This document shows positions 49,463 through 58,986 of a stretch of 64,000 nucleotides of DNA, one piece after another. Source of the DNA: Roseibacillus sp. (lineage in GTDB: Bacteria > Verrucomicrobiota > Verrucomicrobiia > Verrucomicrobiales > Akkermansiaceae); assembly GCA_051251855.1 (NCBI GenBank), contig JBPOGI010000001.1:1216001-1280000 (forward strand), given 5' to 3'. Each line of letters starts with the position of its first letter. The first letter of the stretch is position 1. Both the position numbers and the translations under genes were made by a program. The notes beneath the pieces are model-generated. The model was not told the origin of the DNA. It was given only the letters and a program-made list of their open reading frames with translations, and ran no database searches.

Positions 49463-49882
49463 ATGAGGCTCTTTTTTGACACCACCATCCTTCTGGATCT
49501 CATCGACGAGAGACGAACCGGACATCAGTCAGCCAAACGTCTAGAGAAGCACCTCGAAACGCACAATGTTTCCTGTCTTTTCGCCTGGCACAGTCTCTCC
49601 ATCATCGACTACGTGGGAGGGAAAGCATTCGGTCGCCAAGAAATCCACCGAGTTTTGAAAGGACTCCTCAACACCTTCGAACTCCCATCAGAGGGAACCA
49701 ACGAAGCGAAAACGGCCTTTCAATACCTTTCCTCGGACTTCGAAGACGCCCTTCAAATCGCAACCGCCGTTGCGGGGCGAGCGGAATACATTCTGACAAA
49801 CAACCCCAAGGACTTTTCTCGCAGTCCTATCTCATGCACGTCAGCCCAAGAAATGACATTGATTCTTGAGCGGATAGATTAG
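49463..49882 (+). CDS. PIN-domain (VapC-like) toxin
   Basis: LFFDTTILLD, DFEDALQIATA, ILTNNPKDF; directly downstream of the antitoxin. Confidence 0.9.
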   Translation: MRLFFDTTILLDLIDERRTGHQSAKRLEKHLETHNVSCLFAWHSLSIIDYVGGKAFGRQEIHRVLKGLLNTFELPSEGTNEAKTAFQYLSSDFEDALQIATAVAGRAEYILTNNPKDFSRSPISCTSAQEMTLILERID

Positions 49883-50066
49883 CCGATTTTCAAAACTAAA
49901 AAAGCGATAGAGGCCGCCAAAGCCCGCCACGCAAAATAACAATTCCCGGCCTTCAACCAGCCGCTACGGTTTTTACCCCTGAGGGACATCCCCCAGAACA
50001 AGCTTCACACAGGCAAACTCAAGGTATGTCTTGTCTCAACTCTTAGGGTAGATAATCTTCGCCGAG

Positions 50067-51395
50067 ATGCAGCTTATTTTAGGAAGTCTGAACCTCTTGG
50101 TCGAGTCTCTCACCTCAGGAATCAGCATCTATTTCGTTGGGGCAATGAGCGTCCTAATCCTCATCGATGGAGTAAGCTTCTTTACTACTAAAAAAGCCCA
50201 CTTAAATTTTAAGGGGATCGTAACAGGTCTAGGAATTCTTGGCACATTTCTTGGAATATTTTTAGCGCTTCTCCATTTTGATCCAAATAAGATCGATGAG
50301 AGTGTCCCTTCTCTTCTAGAAGGAATGAAGTTTGCTTTCGGCTCATCGGTCTTTGGTCTCTTCTTGTCGCTTACTTTGTCAATTTTCCAAAATTTTTTCC
50401 CCGATCGTGCATCGGGAACTCCAGAAGAAAAAATAGCAATCGAGCTTGGAAAAATCCGCCACAACCAGCTCGAAAGTCATACCTATTTTGGAGCCATTCG
50501 AGCAAGGATTGAGGAATCTAAGGAATCGATTATCAACCTAACAGCAAGCCAACAAAGCGATACCAAAGAAATCATCAAATCACTCTCGCAGCTTCAAAAC
50601 TCGAACGAAGCCACTGCAACAAGAGCAGAAGATATTCTAGAGAGAGTTTCTGAATTACCAACGCCGCTGAAAGAGCTGGCATCTGATTTCAGCCAATTCA
50701 ACGGAAAAAATCAGACGTTTCAATCAGAGATAAAAGAAGATTTCAGACAAACTAGAGAAGGACTCGAAAACGCCTTAGAAAAGCTCTCTGAGGGAGCGAA
50801 TAAAGAAATAATCGAAGCTCTTGAGTCCGTCATGAAGGAATTCAATTCAAAGCTCAGCGAAATTGTTGGCGACAAATTTGACGCACTAAAGGATGGTTGT
50901 ATTAAATTACTCGAGTGGCAAGAAGGATACAAGTCGAGCGTCGCAGAATTTGAGCAGCGTCTCAATCAAGCCGTTGAAGGAATCGAAAAAAGCGAAGACT
51001 CACTGAAGACTATTTCGGGGTATCAATCTGAATTCTCTCAACTCTCAAAGGATTCAAAGACCGCAATTGAAGCTGGCCGTGGACTACTTGAAGGAAACTC
51101 TAAGGTCGCGCAGGAACTGTCCGAGCAACTCGAACGTTTAAACAAAGCAACGATTACAATGGAAGGGCTTCCGGAAGAACTGATCGAGATTAAGAAGAAA
51201 TACGAAGAGCTTCCTGAAGTAATGCAAGCCTCCTTGGATACTGTAAATCGAAGTTTTTCGGAAACAAACGAAGAGATGGGGAAAGCCACTAACGAGCTAA
51301 ACAACTCCCTCACAAGTCTAACTGTAAAATTCGCCGATAACTACGAAGCATTTCTTTCTCAGTTAGAACGACTAATGACCAAAACTAATCTGTAA
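50067..51395 (+). CDS. zorA: Zorya ZorA-like protein (MotA/TolQ/ExbB TM domain with long helical tail)
   Basis: TGLGILGTFLGI...LLEGMKFAFGSSVFGL followed by about 330 aa of amphipathic or coiled-coil sequence. Confidence 0.82.
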   Translation: MQLILGSLNLLVESLTSGISIYFVGAMSVLILIDGVSFFTTKKAHLNFKGIVTGLGILGTFLGIFLALLHFDPNKIDESVPSLLEGMKFAFGSSVFGLFLSLTLSIFQNFFPDRASGTPEEKIAIELGKIRHNQLESHTYFGAIRARIEESKESIINLTASQQSDTKEIIKSLSQLQNSNEATATRAEDILERVSELPTPLKELASDFSQFNGKNQTFQSEIKEDFRQTREGLENALEKLSEGANKEIIEALESVMKEFNSKLSEIVGDKFDALKDGCIKLLEWQEGYKSSVAEFEQRLNQAVEGIEKSEDSLKTISGYQSEFSQLSKDSKTAIEAGRGLLEGNSKVAQELSEQLERLNKATITMEGLPEELIEIKKKYEELPEVMQASLDTVNRSFSETNEEMGKATNELNNSLTSLTVKFADNYEAFLSQLERLMTKTNL

Positions 51396-51397
51396 CA

Positions 51398-52135
51398 ATG
51401 GACCAGAAGAACGACTGGATGGGAAGCGTCTCTGACCTAATGGCAGGCTTAATGATCGTTTTTCTCTTCATCGCCATCGTTTACATGATGGACGCTCAGG
51501 AAGACAAAAAGAGAGCTGAAGACCTAACCGAACAGCTGAAAGCCGAAAGCACGAAAATCCAGGAAATCACCGCTACATTTGAGGGGCTCAAACAGGGACT
51601 TCACGAGGACCTACTTTCTGAGTTTGAGAAGGATTTAATTGCATGGGATGCCACTCTGGAGTCTGACTCGACGATACGATTTAACGAGCCGGATATTTTG
51701 TTCGCTACGGGAAGCGCTCTACTCAGCCCAGAATTCCGCGAGATTCTTGACGATTTTTTCCCACGCTATATTAAAATTCTAAACTCAAAAAACTACGGAG
51801 AAGAAATCGAGGAAATCAGGGTCGAAGGACATACTTCCAGCGCTTGGGACGGAGCTGAATCCCTGAGCACTCGCTACCTTAAAAACGTAAGCCTTTCCCA
51901 AATGCGCTCTCTTGAAGTGTTGAGTTACTGCTTTCGAATCCAAGCACTCTCCGCCGAGCAGCCTTGGTTACTTAGACATCTTCGAGCGAATGGATTATCC
52001 TTCGCCAAGCCAATTCTCACCGCTGAAGGAAATGAGGATATTGAACGTTCCAGAAGGGTGGAATTTAGGGTCATCACGAAAAGTGAAGAGAAGATCGTCA
52101 AGATATTAGAAATTCAAGAATCCGAAACCCCATGA
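51398..52135 (+). CDS. zorB: Zorya ZorB-like protein (MotB TM plus OmpA-like domain)
   Basis: WMGSVSDLMAGLMIVFLFIA with the conserved TM Asp, LFATGS, IRVEGHTS, N-x2-LSQMR, SRRVEF. Confidence 0.87.
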   Translation: MDQKNDWMGSVSDLMAGLMIVFLFIAIVYMMDAQEDKKRAEDLTEQLKAESTKIQEITATFEGLKQGLHEDLLSEFEKDLIAWDATLESDSTIRFNEPDILFATGSALLSPEFREILDDFFPRYIKILNSKNYGEEIEEIRVEGHTSSAWDGAESLSTRYLKNVSLSQMRSLEVLSYCFRIQALSAEQPWLLRHLRANGLSFAKPILTAEGNEDIERSRRVEFRVITKSEEKIVKILEIQESETP

Positions 52136-53028
52136 TTTCAGACTTTAGCTCCTTAAAAAAGGCAGTCGAAGGCCTAGGTGTGAGCATTACCGTTCATCAA
52201 AGGGAATGGGAGAAAAAATTGTGGAGTGGTCTCGAAATTGACTTCGATGAAATCGACAAGATGGAGCCGAACGAGGCCTTTTTCGATGTTTCTCCAAATG
52301 GGCAAGTCAAACCCACTGTGGTCTTCATCACTCAGACAAATTTATTCGGAAACAAGGACCCTGATAAGACCTCTGATCTTCATAAATACCACTTCTTCAA
52401 TTGCAAAGTAGTTTCCAACCATAGGCGAAAATCCCGCTACAAAAAATCAACCCGACTAGACGGAAAATTCAACTATCGAATCTTTAAGGACAAAGACGAA
52501 TACATTCCTGAAAATTACAAGAATGGTGTCCCTCTCTATCTCTGCGGATATTGCCATAAAATAATCGAGAATCTCTTTGGTTCATACTCTAAGAAAGAGC
52601 TGTTCGAGCTAGAAGCATTCCTCACTCAATTCTGTTCTCAGGGAGGTGTTCCTAATTCTACCTTGGACTTTAGCGGCATGGAACTTCGCCCAGACATTGG
52701 AGATAGGCCTAGAGTTTATTCTGCCGGCTGGGAGCGGATATCGAAACGCTTTCGCGAATCAGCCAACTATACTTGTCAAGAATGCGGGATTTACCTTGGA
52801 GATTCATCAACCCGTAAGTGGTGCCACGTTCACCATGCCAACGGCGACCCTTCAGATAACGTTGTGGCAAATTTGCGATGTTTGTGTATCGGATGCCATG
52901 CGAAGGAATGCATGCACCACCACGTAACCAACCTTCCAGCCCACTCTGAATTTTTGGCCAGCAACGTCTACAATCAATTTGTGAGTCGCCAGTCCTCCCG
53001 CCTCGCCTACGCCCCGCCAAAAACGTAG
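52132..53028 (+). CDS. zorE: HNH endonuclease, ZorE-like effector
   Basis: WERISKRFRESANYTCQECG...HVHHANGDPSDNVVANLRCLCIGCH; ATGA-coupled to zorB. Confidence 0.78.
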   Translation: MISDFSSLKKAVEGLGVSITVHQREWEKKLWSGLEIDFDEIDKMEPNEAFFDVSPNGQVKPTVVFITQTNLFGNKDPDKTSDLHKYHFFNCKVVSNHRRKSRYKKSTRLDGKFNYRIFKDKDEYIPENYKNGVPLYLCGYCHKIIENLFGSYSKKELFELEAFLTQFCSQGGVPNSTLDFSGMELRPDIGDRPRVYSAGWERISKRFRESANYTCQECGIYLGDSSTRKWCHVHHANGDPSDNVVANLRCLCIGCHAKECMHHHVTNLPAHSEFLASNVYNQFVSRQSSRLAYAPPKT

Positions 53029-53202
53029 CAACCGCGTGACTCCAGCCCTCTCCTTCGTAGTATGAATGATTCATCTCCAGACCAAGCACCCAAAGAGAGC
53101 ACCCGTTGGGACTTGCGCGTCGTTTCAGGAAGGCAAACAATTACCTCCTCTGACGTTGCCGACTTCCTTGCTGAGGAACCTGAGCCCTCGCAAATCAATC
53201 CT

Positions 53203-53451
53203 ATGAACTATCCCGAACTCGCTGCTATTTTAGAGGAACGTCTTGTCATCATCGCGGACCATGAATCGCGTGACCGCGATCCTGAGGCTCACCTCGCAAA
53301 GCTCGTCCAAGTGAGCGAAAAAATCACCAACTGGCACGAAGCTCATCGACATGAAATCGATGGCAACCTCGAGCACTTTCTTTCCGGGGCGAGTTTCCAG
53401 AAAGCCTTGGAATATCTCAACACCGGAACCCGCAGACCCTGCGGGACTTAA
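53203..53451 (+). CDS. Small helical hypothetical protein
   Basis: LEERLVIIADHESRDRDPEAHL...LEHFLSGASFQKAL; could start at 53062. Confidence 0.6.
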   Translation: MNYPELAAILEERLVIIADHESRDRDPEAHLAKLVQVSEKITNWHEAHRHEIDGNLEHFLSGASFQKALEYLNTGTRRPCGT

Positions 53452-53677
53452 CCAATTTGGGCTTTAGTGCAGGAGTTCCCCTTCTCTTTCCGAAGACTCG
53501 CCCGGTCATTTATCCGCCCAAACGTTTCCTGAATTCCTCGGCGGTTCATCGACAGGAACCACTTCCGCCAACGGGAAGAACCAGTCAAAAATCTTACACA
53601 CGAGGAGGTTTTGCCGACGTATCCCTTTCTGATCAGTCCGATCCTAAGAACCTAGAATTTTGCTGACACATAGAAAC

Positions 53678-55135
53678 ATGAAACGTCCTCTCCTGCTCTT
53701 TACCCTTTGCGCCCTTTCCTTCTCCCCTTCGCTTCCCGCTCAAGAGACTCCGTGGAAGAGCGGCGACCGGATCGCAATCAGTGCTGACGGAAATCCTGAT
53801 GCTGATCCCGATGACATCGGGGCCACTCCCTTCACTCTCGCAGTCCTCGCGAAGGCTGGATTGCAGAAGAACCTCGTCCACTACGATTTCAATAACTTCA
53901 TGGAGTATAAGCCCATCCCTCCCGCGAAGAACGAGATGTGGCGGGGCGCGATGGGTGGCCAATCCCGCTGGGGATTTGACCGTAGCAAATTCTTCGACGT
54001 CGCTCAGGACCCGAACGCTCCGATTGAAAACCTCAAGAACGAGATCAACCAATCATCCGCCGAAAATCCTCTTTTCATCATCGAGGCTGGACCCGCCGAA
54101 CTGATTTACCAGGCACTCAAGGCCGCCGATGAAACAGCCCGTCAGCACGTCACCCTCGTCTCCCACAGCGGATACAACGACTACTACAAACCTCGTCCTT
54201 GGCTCCGTAACCTCGAAGACATTCAGACTCTCGTCCCCAACCTGAAGTATCTCAAAATCCCCGACCAAAACCAAGACCTTCGCACGCAAGGCGACTACTC
54301 TCCTTGGCATTGGCTCCGTGACCACGCCGACCCCAATCTCAACTGGGTCTTTCAGCGCATGGAAACCGGCCTTCCCGATGTCTCTGACACTGGTATGCTC
54401 TGCTGGCTCATTGGACTAAGCGGAGAGAATCAGCGCATCACCATTGCTGAGCTCATCGACTGGTTCGGAAGCGAATCCATCCCCTCCAACGGCGGTTCCT
54501 CGGAAGCTCCTTCTCCTCCTGCGGCCGTCACCCCTAAAATCAACTACCCTGCGACTGAACACATCTTCCAAGAGGTCGACGGCAAACTGGTCATCGAAGC
54601 CGAAAGCGTTCCTCTCACCGGCGACTGGATTCTCGAAACCACTCAAGAAGGCCACACCGGCGAAGGCTACATCCGCTACATGCCCGATTACATTCACGCC
54701 ATCACCTCACAGACGCGCAGCGTGCTCACTTACAATTTTCGAATCACCAACCCTGGCAAATACCGCCTCGCCCTCAAGCATTCTAACAAAGGAGCTCCAG
54801 AGCGCGACAAGTGGAACGACTGTTGGACTCTGATGGGAATCGACCCCCACCCTTGGGGCCGCGTTCGCAAAACATATCAATCAGTCACCCAAGAACAATT
54901 TGAGGACGGCATTGGCTTCAACTTCAACACCACCCACAACAACTACGGCCCCGTCGCTCACGCCGATGGCGAATTCTCAAAACCGCTCTACGACCTGCAA
55001 GCAGGAGACCAATACTTCTTCATCATGGGTCGCTCCGGCGGCTACCGCCTCGACAAAATTCATCTCTTCAAACAAGGCGTTGAAGGCTTCAAGGACGACG
55101 CCGAACCAGCAACGCCTCTCCAACCCGGCCGTTAA
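53678..55135 (+). CDS. Exported protein with nucleoside-hydrolase-like N-terminal domain and beta-sandwich C-terminal domain
   Basis: Signal peptide, RIAISADGNPDADPDDIGA, IIEAGP, DVSDTGM; Pro-rich linker; LVIEAE...GEGYIRY...GRSGGYRLDKI. Confidence 0.7.
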   Translation: MKRPLLLFTLCALSFSPSLPAQETPWKSGDRIAISADGNPDADPDDIGATPFTLAVLAKAGLQKNLVHYDFNNFMEYKPIPPAKNEMWRGAMGGQSRWGFDRSKFFDVAQDPNAPIENLKNEINQSSAENPLFIIEAGPAELIYQALKAADETARQHVTLVSHSGYNDYYKPRPWLRNLEDIQTLVPNLKYLKIPDQNQDLRTQGDYSPWHWLRDHADPNLNWVFQRMETGLPDVSDTGMLCWLIGLSGENQRITIAELIDWFGSESIPSNGGSSEAPSPPAAVTPKINYPATEHIFQEVDGKLVIEAESVPLTGDWILETTQEGHTGEGYIRYMPDYIHAITSQTRSVLTYNFRITNPGKYRLALKHSNKGAPERDKWNDCWTLMGIDPHPWGRVRKTYQSVTQEQFEDGIGFNFNTTHNNYGPVAHADGEFSKPLYDLQAGDQYFFIMGRSGGYRLDKIHLFKQGVEGFKDDAEPATPLQPGR

Positions 55136-55143
55136 CACCTAAG

Positions 55144-56118
55144 CTAGCGCAACTTAGTGCCATCATAGGAAAGAAGCTCCTCCGCGGTGGGCGTTGCAAT
55201 GGCCACACCTTCCTCGGGAACTTCCATTCCGAGGGTCCAGAAAACACTGTTAGCGAAGCTCTGGAAGAAATGCGGGTTGGCCCACGTGCGATAGAAATGC
55301 GCGGAAGTCATCGCCACCGAGCGGCCTTCGTCTTCTCTCTCGAAAGACCAATAGGCAGCTTGCTCACGCCAGCTCTCTTTCTTTTCGATATCACCACGCC
55401 AACCCGGAGCATTGGCGGTGTGCAAGAAGGTCACTTTGTCCGAACCGGGATTGCGACCCTCCTTCACTGTGAAAAAGTTGAAGTAGTATTCGTCTTGAAG
55501 CTCAAAGGAATCGGGGAGCCCGTTAGAAATAGGATGGCTCTTGTTCACCTTCAAATCCAACTTGGGAAACTTCCAAGTGAAACTACTAGCGGGGTCGTTC
55601 CCCTTCTTCACCCAATAGTAAACACCTCCAATCCAATCCATCATCATCTGGGCGTTTTCAGCATGAAGCTGCCCCATGCCTCCGGAGGGAGCATCCGTCG
55701 CCCAATGAATCACGATGAGCCCCGCCTTGTTCTTTTTCAAAGCGCCATCGAGATGCTTCATATTCTTAGTAGGATCCTTCTTATTCCCCAAGACATGCCT
55801 TCCCCCCCCGTCACTCGAGACAATGATCAAGTCGGCATTCTCGACTAAGGAAAGATCCTTAGGATAACCGAGAGTGGTCTGAACCTCCAAGGAGCCCGCG
55901 TATTCCGACCCCTCAAGCTTGTCTTTAATCAATTGCCCCACTTGATCGTTATTGTGCGAATCCGGACCGTGAGTCGATTTCCCACGAATAATGAGAACCT
56001 TCTTTTTCTCACCCGTCAGCTCAGTGTCTTCGCCATGACTCTGTAGTCCGACGAACATTGCGCCGATGCAACAAGTGAGCAGCACTAGTAGTGAAACCGA
56101 ATGAGGGGAAATTTTCAT
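55144..56118 (-). CDS. Exported ThuA-like (class I glutamine-amidotransferase-like fold) protein
   Basis: KKVLIIRGKSTHGPDSH, GLIVIHWA, HPISNG...FELQDEYY, GRS...H. Confidence 0.82.
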   Translation of the reverse strand: MKISPHSVSLLVLLTCCIGAMFVGLQSHGEDTELTGEKKKVLIIRGKSTHGPDSHNNDQVGQLIKDKLEGSEYAGSLEVQTTLGYPKDLSLVENADLIIVSSDGGGRHVLGNKKDPTKNMKHLDGALKKNKAGLIVIHWATDAPSGGMGQLHAENAQMMMDWIGGVYYWVKKGNDPASSFTWKFPKLDLKVNKSHPISNGLPDSFELQDEYYFNFFTVKEGRNPGSDKVTFLHTANAPGWRGDIEKKESWREQAAYWSFEREDEGRSVAMTSAHFYRTWANPHFFQSFANSVFWTLGMEVPEEGVAIATPTAEELLSYDGTKLR

Positions 56119-56382
56119 ATTTTAAGAACTCAGTCCTTACCCAATCACGCGAACGTTCTCAAAGAAATTCTCATACGCTCACCAAATCCCGAAAGAATTC
56201 CCCGATTTCTCCTAGGTTCTCTTACTCAACGCCAAAAGAGCCTTCGCCTCGTAAGCTTCAGCCCCTCCTAACACACGCTCTTTTCGGCATTAAGAATTGT
56301 TTCACAGCAGTTTATCAGTATTCTCTTCGGTCCTCTCTTTACGAGTGTCAACCATATCAGAGATACCAGCTAACGCTTCAAA

Positions 56383-58434
56383 ATGACGCCTTCACTTTAT
56401 ATTACACCTATCGCCGGCCTTGTCGGACTCGCTCTCGCCTTCGTTTTCTATCGTTCCATTGCAAAGCGCTCAGGTGGCGAAGGAAAAATTGCAGATATTG
56501 CCGAGAAGATCCACCGCGGATCCATGGTCTTCATGAAGCGAGAGTTCATCCTCATCTCCGCATTCGCTCTGGTCATTGGAGCTTGCCTCTTTTTTTTCCA
56601 AGAAGGCAGCTACGGCCCCCAACAAAGCCTCGCCTTCTTCCTCGGAGCCCTCGCCTCCTCCTTCGCTGGCTACGTCGGAATGACCACTGCCACCAAGGCC
56701 AACGTGCGTACCACCCTTGCGGCTCACAATGAAGGAGCTGGCCCTGCGCTCACAGTCGCGTTCTTCGGCGGCTCGGTTATGGGTCTTACGGTCGCCTCCA
56801 TGGGCCTCATCGGATTAGGTGGACTTTTCCTCATCTACAACAATCACAATGAACTCGCCGAAATCCTCGAAGGTTTTGCCATGGGCGCTTCCCTTGTCGC
56901 TCTTTTCTACCGGGTTGGTGGTGGAATTTTCACGAAAGCTGCTGACGTCGGAGCTGACCTAGTCGGTAAAGTCGAAGCCGGAATCCCCGAGGACGACCCC
57001 CGCAACCCAGGCGTCATTGCCGATAACGTTGGTGACAACGTCGGCGACGTCGCCGGAATGGGCTCAGATATCTTCGAAAGCTACTGCGGCGCGCAAATCG
57101 CCACCATCGCCATTGCCGCTGCTGCCGCCTCGACCGGAGCCAATGCCTTGGCCGATCTCAGCTTTAACGGCGAAGGGGCAAAGAACCTCGCGATGCAGCT
57201 CCCTCTCCTGCTCACCACGGTAGGACTGGTTTGCTCCGTTTTAGGTATTCTTGTCGTGCGTCTTATGTGCCACAAGGATCCAGCGCAGGCCCTCCGCTTT
57301 GGCACCATTGGCGGCGCAATCCTCTTCATCGTAGCCTCGTTCGGCCTCGTCAACATGTTGGGACTCAAAGCCAGCCTCGCCGCCTGCGTCCTTTGCGGTG
57401 CCGTCGGCGGAATCGTCATCGGTCTCGTCACTGAATACTACACCGCTGGCAAGCCTATCCGCGAACTCGCCCGCCAAGGCGAAACCGGAGTCGCCACCAT
57501 CATGATCGCAGGTCTTTCCCTCGGTCTTAAGTCAGTGGCCGTCCCCATGCTCTCTCTCGCCGCTGTCATCTACGGTTCCTTCGAACTCGCTGGCCTCTAC
57601 GGCGTCGGTCTCGCTGCCGTCGGAATGTTAGGCACCGTCGGAATCACCATGGCCATCGACGCCTACGGACCCGTTGCAGACAACGCAGGAGGTATCGCCG
57701 AAATGGCTGGCCTCGGCGAAGAAACCCGCAAGATCACTGATGGTCTCGATGCGGTTGGAAATACCACCGCCGCGATTGGCAAAGGCTTCGCTATCGGAGC
57801 AGCCGGCCTCGCAGCCCTCGCCCTCATCACCGCCTTTATCCAAAAAACCCAAATCGACCTCACTCTCGGCGACCCCGAAGTTCTGCGCACCTTCTTTGTG
57901 GGTCTCTTCATCGGCGGCGTCATTCCCTTCCTTAATGGAGCCATCACTATGGACGCCGTCGGCAAAGCTGCCTTCGAAATGATTTCCGAAATTCGCCGCC
58001 AATTTAAAGAAATCCCCGGCCTCCTCGAAGGCACCGGCGAGCCGGACTCCGACCGTTGTGTCGATATTGCCACCAAAGCGGCGACCAAGCGTATGGTTCT
58101 TCCTGCCCTCCTTGCGGTTGGAACGCCCGTCATCATCGGGTTCGGGTTTGGTGCCAACGGAGCCACCGCTCTCGCTGGAACCCTTTGTGGCGCCCTCCTC
58201 GGCTGCCTTCTCCTTGCTCTCATGATGTCAAACGCTGGTGGCGCTTGGGACAACGCCAAGAAGTATGTCGAAGAAGGTCATTTTGGAGGAAAGAACTCCG
58301 AAACACACAAAGGTTGCGTCGTGGGTGACACTGTTGGCGACCCCTTCAAGGACACTTCGGGACCTTCTATGAACATTCTCATCAATGTCATGGCAATCGT
58401 CAGTATTGTGATTGCTCCTCACCTTGTTAAATAA
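56383..58434 (+). CDS. hppA: Membrane-integral ion-translocating pyrophosphatase, K+-dependent, probably Na+-pumping
   Basis: [71 protein letters not shown]. Confidence 0.95.
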   Translation: MTPSLYITPIAGLVGLALAFVFYRSIAKRSGGEGKIADIAEKIHRGSMVFMKREFILISAFALVIGACLFFFQEGSYGPQQSLAFFLGALASSFAGYVGMTTATKANVRTTLAAHNEGAGPALTVAFFGGSVMGLTVASMGLIGLGGLFLIYNNHNELAEILEGFAMGASLVALFYRVGGGIFTKAADVGADLVGKVEAGIPEDDPRNPGVIADNVGDNVGDVAGMGSDIFESYCGAQIATIAIAAAAASTGANALADLSFNGEGAKNLAMQLPLLLTTVGLVCSVLGILVVRLMCHKDPAQALRFGTIGGAILFIVASFGLVNMLGLKASLAACVLCGAVGGIVIGLVTEYYTAGKPIRELARQGETGVATIMIAGLSLGLKSVAVPMLSLAAVIYGSFELAGLYGVGLAAVGMLGTVGITMAIDAYGPVADNAGGIAEMAGLGEETRKITDGLDAVGNTTAAIGKGFAIGAAGLAALALITAFIQKTQIDLTLGDPEVLRTFFVGLFIGGVIPFLNGAITMDAVGKAAFEMISEIRRQFKEIPGLLEGTGEPDSDRCVDIATKAATKRMVLPALLAVGTPVIIGFGFGANGATALAGTLCGALLGCLLLALMMSNAGGAWDNAKKYVEEGHFGGKNSETHKGCVVGDTVGDPFKDTSGPSMNILINVMAIVSIVIAPHLVK

Positions 58435-58445
58435 GGGCTGTCCCC

Positions 58446-58910
58446 ATGTCTGATTCACCTCGTAAATTGCCCTACCAACAGCGAGCACGTTCACTACCCC
58501 ACAAGCATTTTTACCGTGTCTCCCTCTGCTGGGCAGTTGTTCTCTATACTCTTGTCTTATGCATCATCGCCGCTGGAATTGGATTTGCGCTCGTTGATAA
58601 CGTAAGCAACGGCTACCTGCTCGTGGCTCTCGTACTTTCTGCCCTCCTAGTCTGGGTCTTCAGCTTCTTCTCAAGAAAAAAGGCCACCTGTCCTCTCTGC
58701 AAAGGCACCCCCTTTCTCGACAGTCGAGCTTCCAAACATGTAAAGGCAGTTCGAATTCTGCCTTTCAACTACGGAACTACCAATATCCTGCGTGCACTCG
58801 TCACTCGTCGCTTTCGTTGTCATTTCTGTGGCACACCGTTTGATATGCTCAAGACCAACTTGAGCACCAAGAACGACCATCCTCCCTACAAAGAAGCCAA
58901 GGACTCCTAA
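58446..58910 (+). CDS. Two-TM membrane protein with a cytoplasmic tetra-Cys zinc ribbon
   Basis: Two hydrophobic helices followed by CPLCKGTP...FRCHFCG. Confidence 0.7.
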   Translation: MSDSPRKLPYQQRARSLPHKHFYRVSLCWAVVLYTLVLCIIAAGIGFALVDNVSNGYLLVALVLSALLVWVFSFFSRKKATCPLCKGTPFLDSRASKHVKAVRILPFNYGTTNILRALVTRRFRCHFCGTPFDMLKTNLSTKNDHPPYKEAKDS

Positions 58911-58986
58911 CCACATCGTGGTAAGGCCCCCCAAACATAAGCCCTAGAGACCCGACGGTTTCGCGCCTAAATTTGAGACTGCTACA

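Noticed and set aside
50067..52135. Flagellar stator motAB or exbBD/tolQR
   Set aside because: The long C-terminal helical tail, the coupled HNH gene, the atypical composition and the absence of flagellar or TonB genes fit Zorya better
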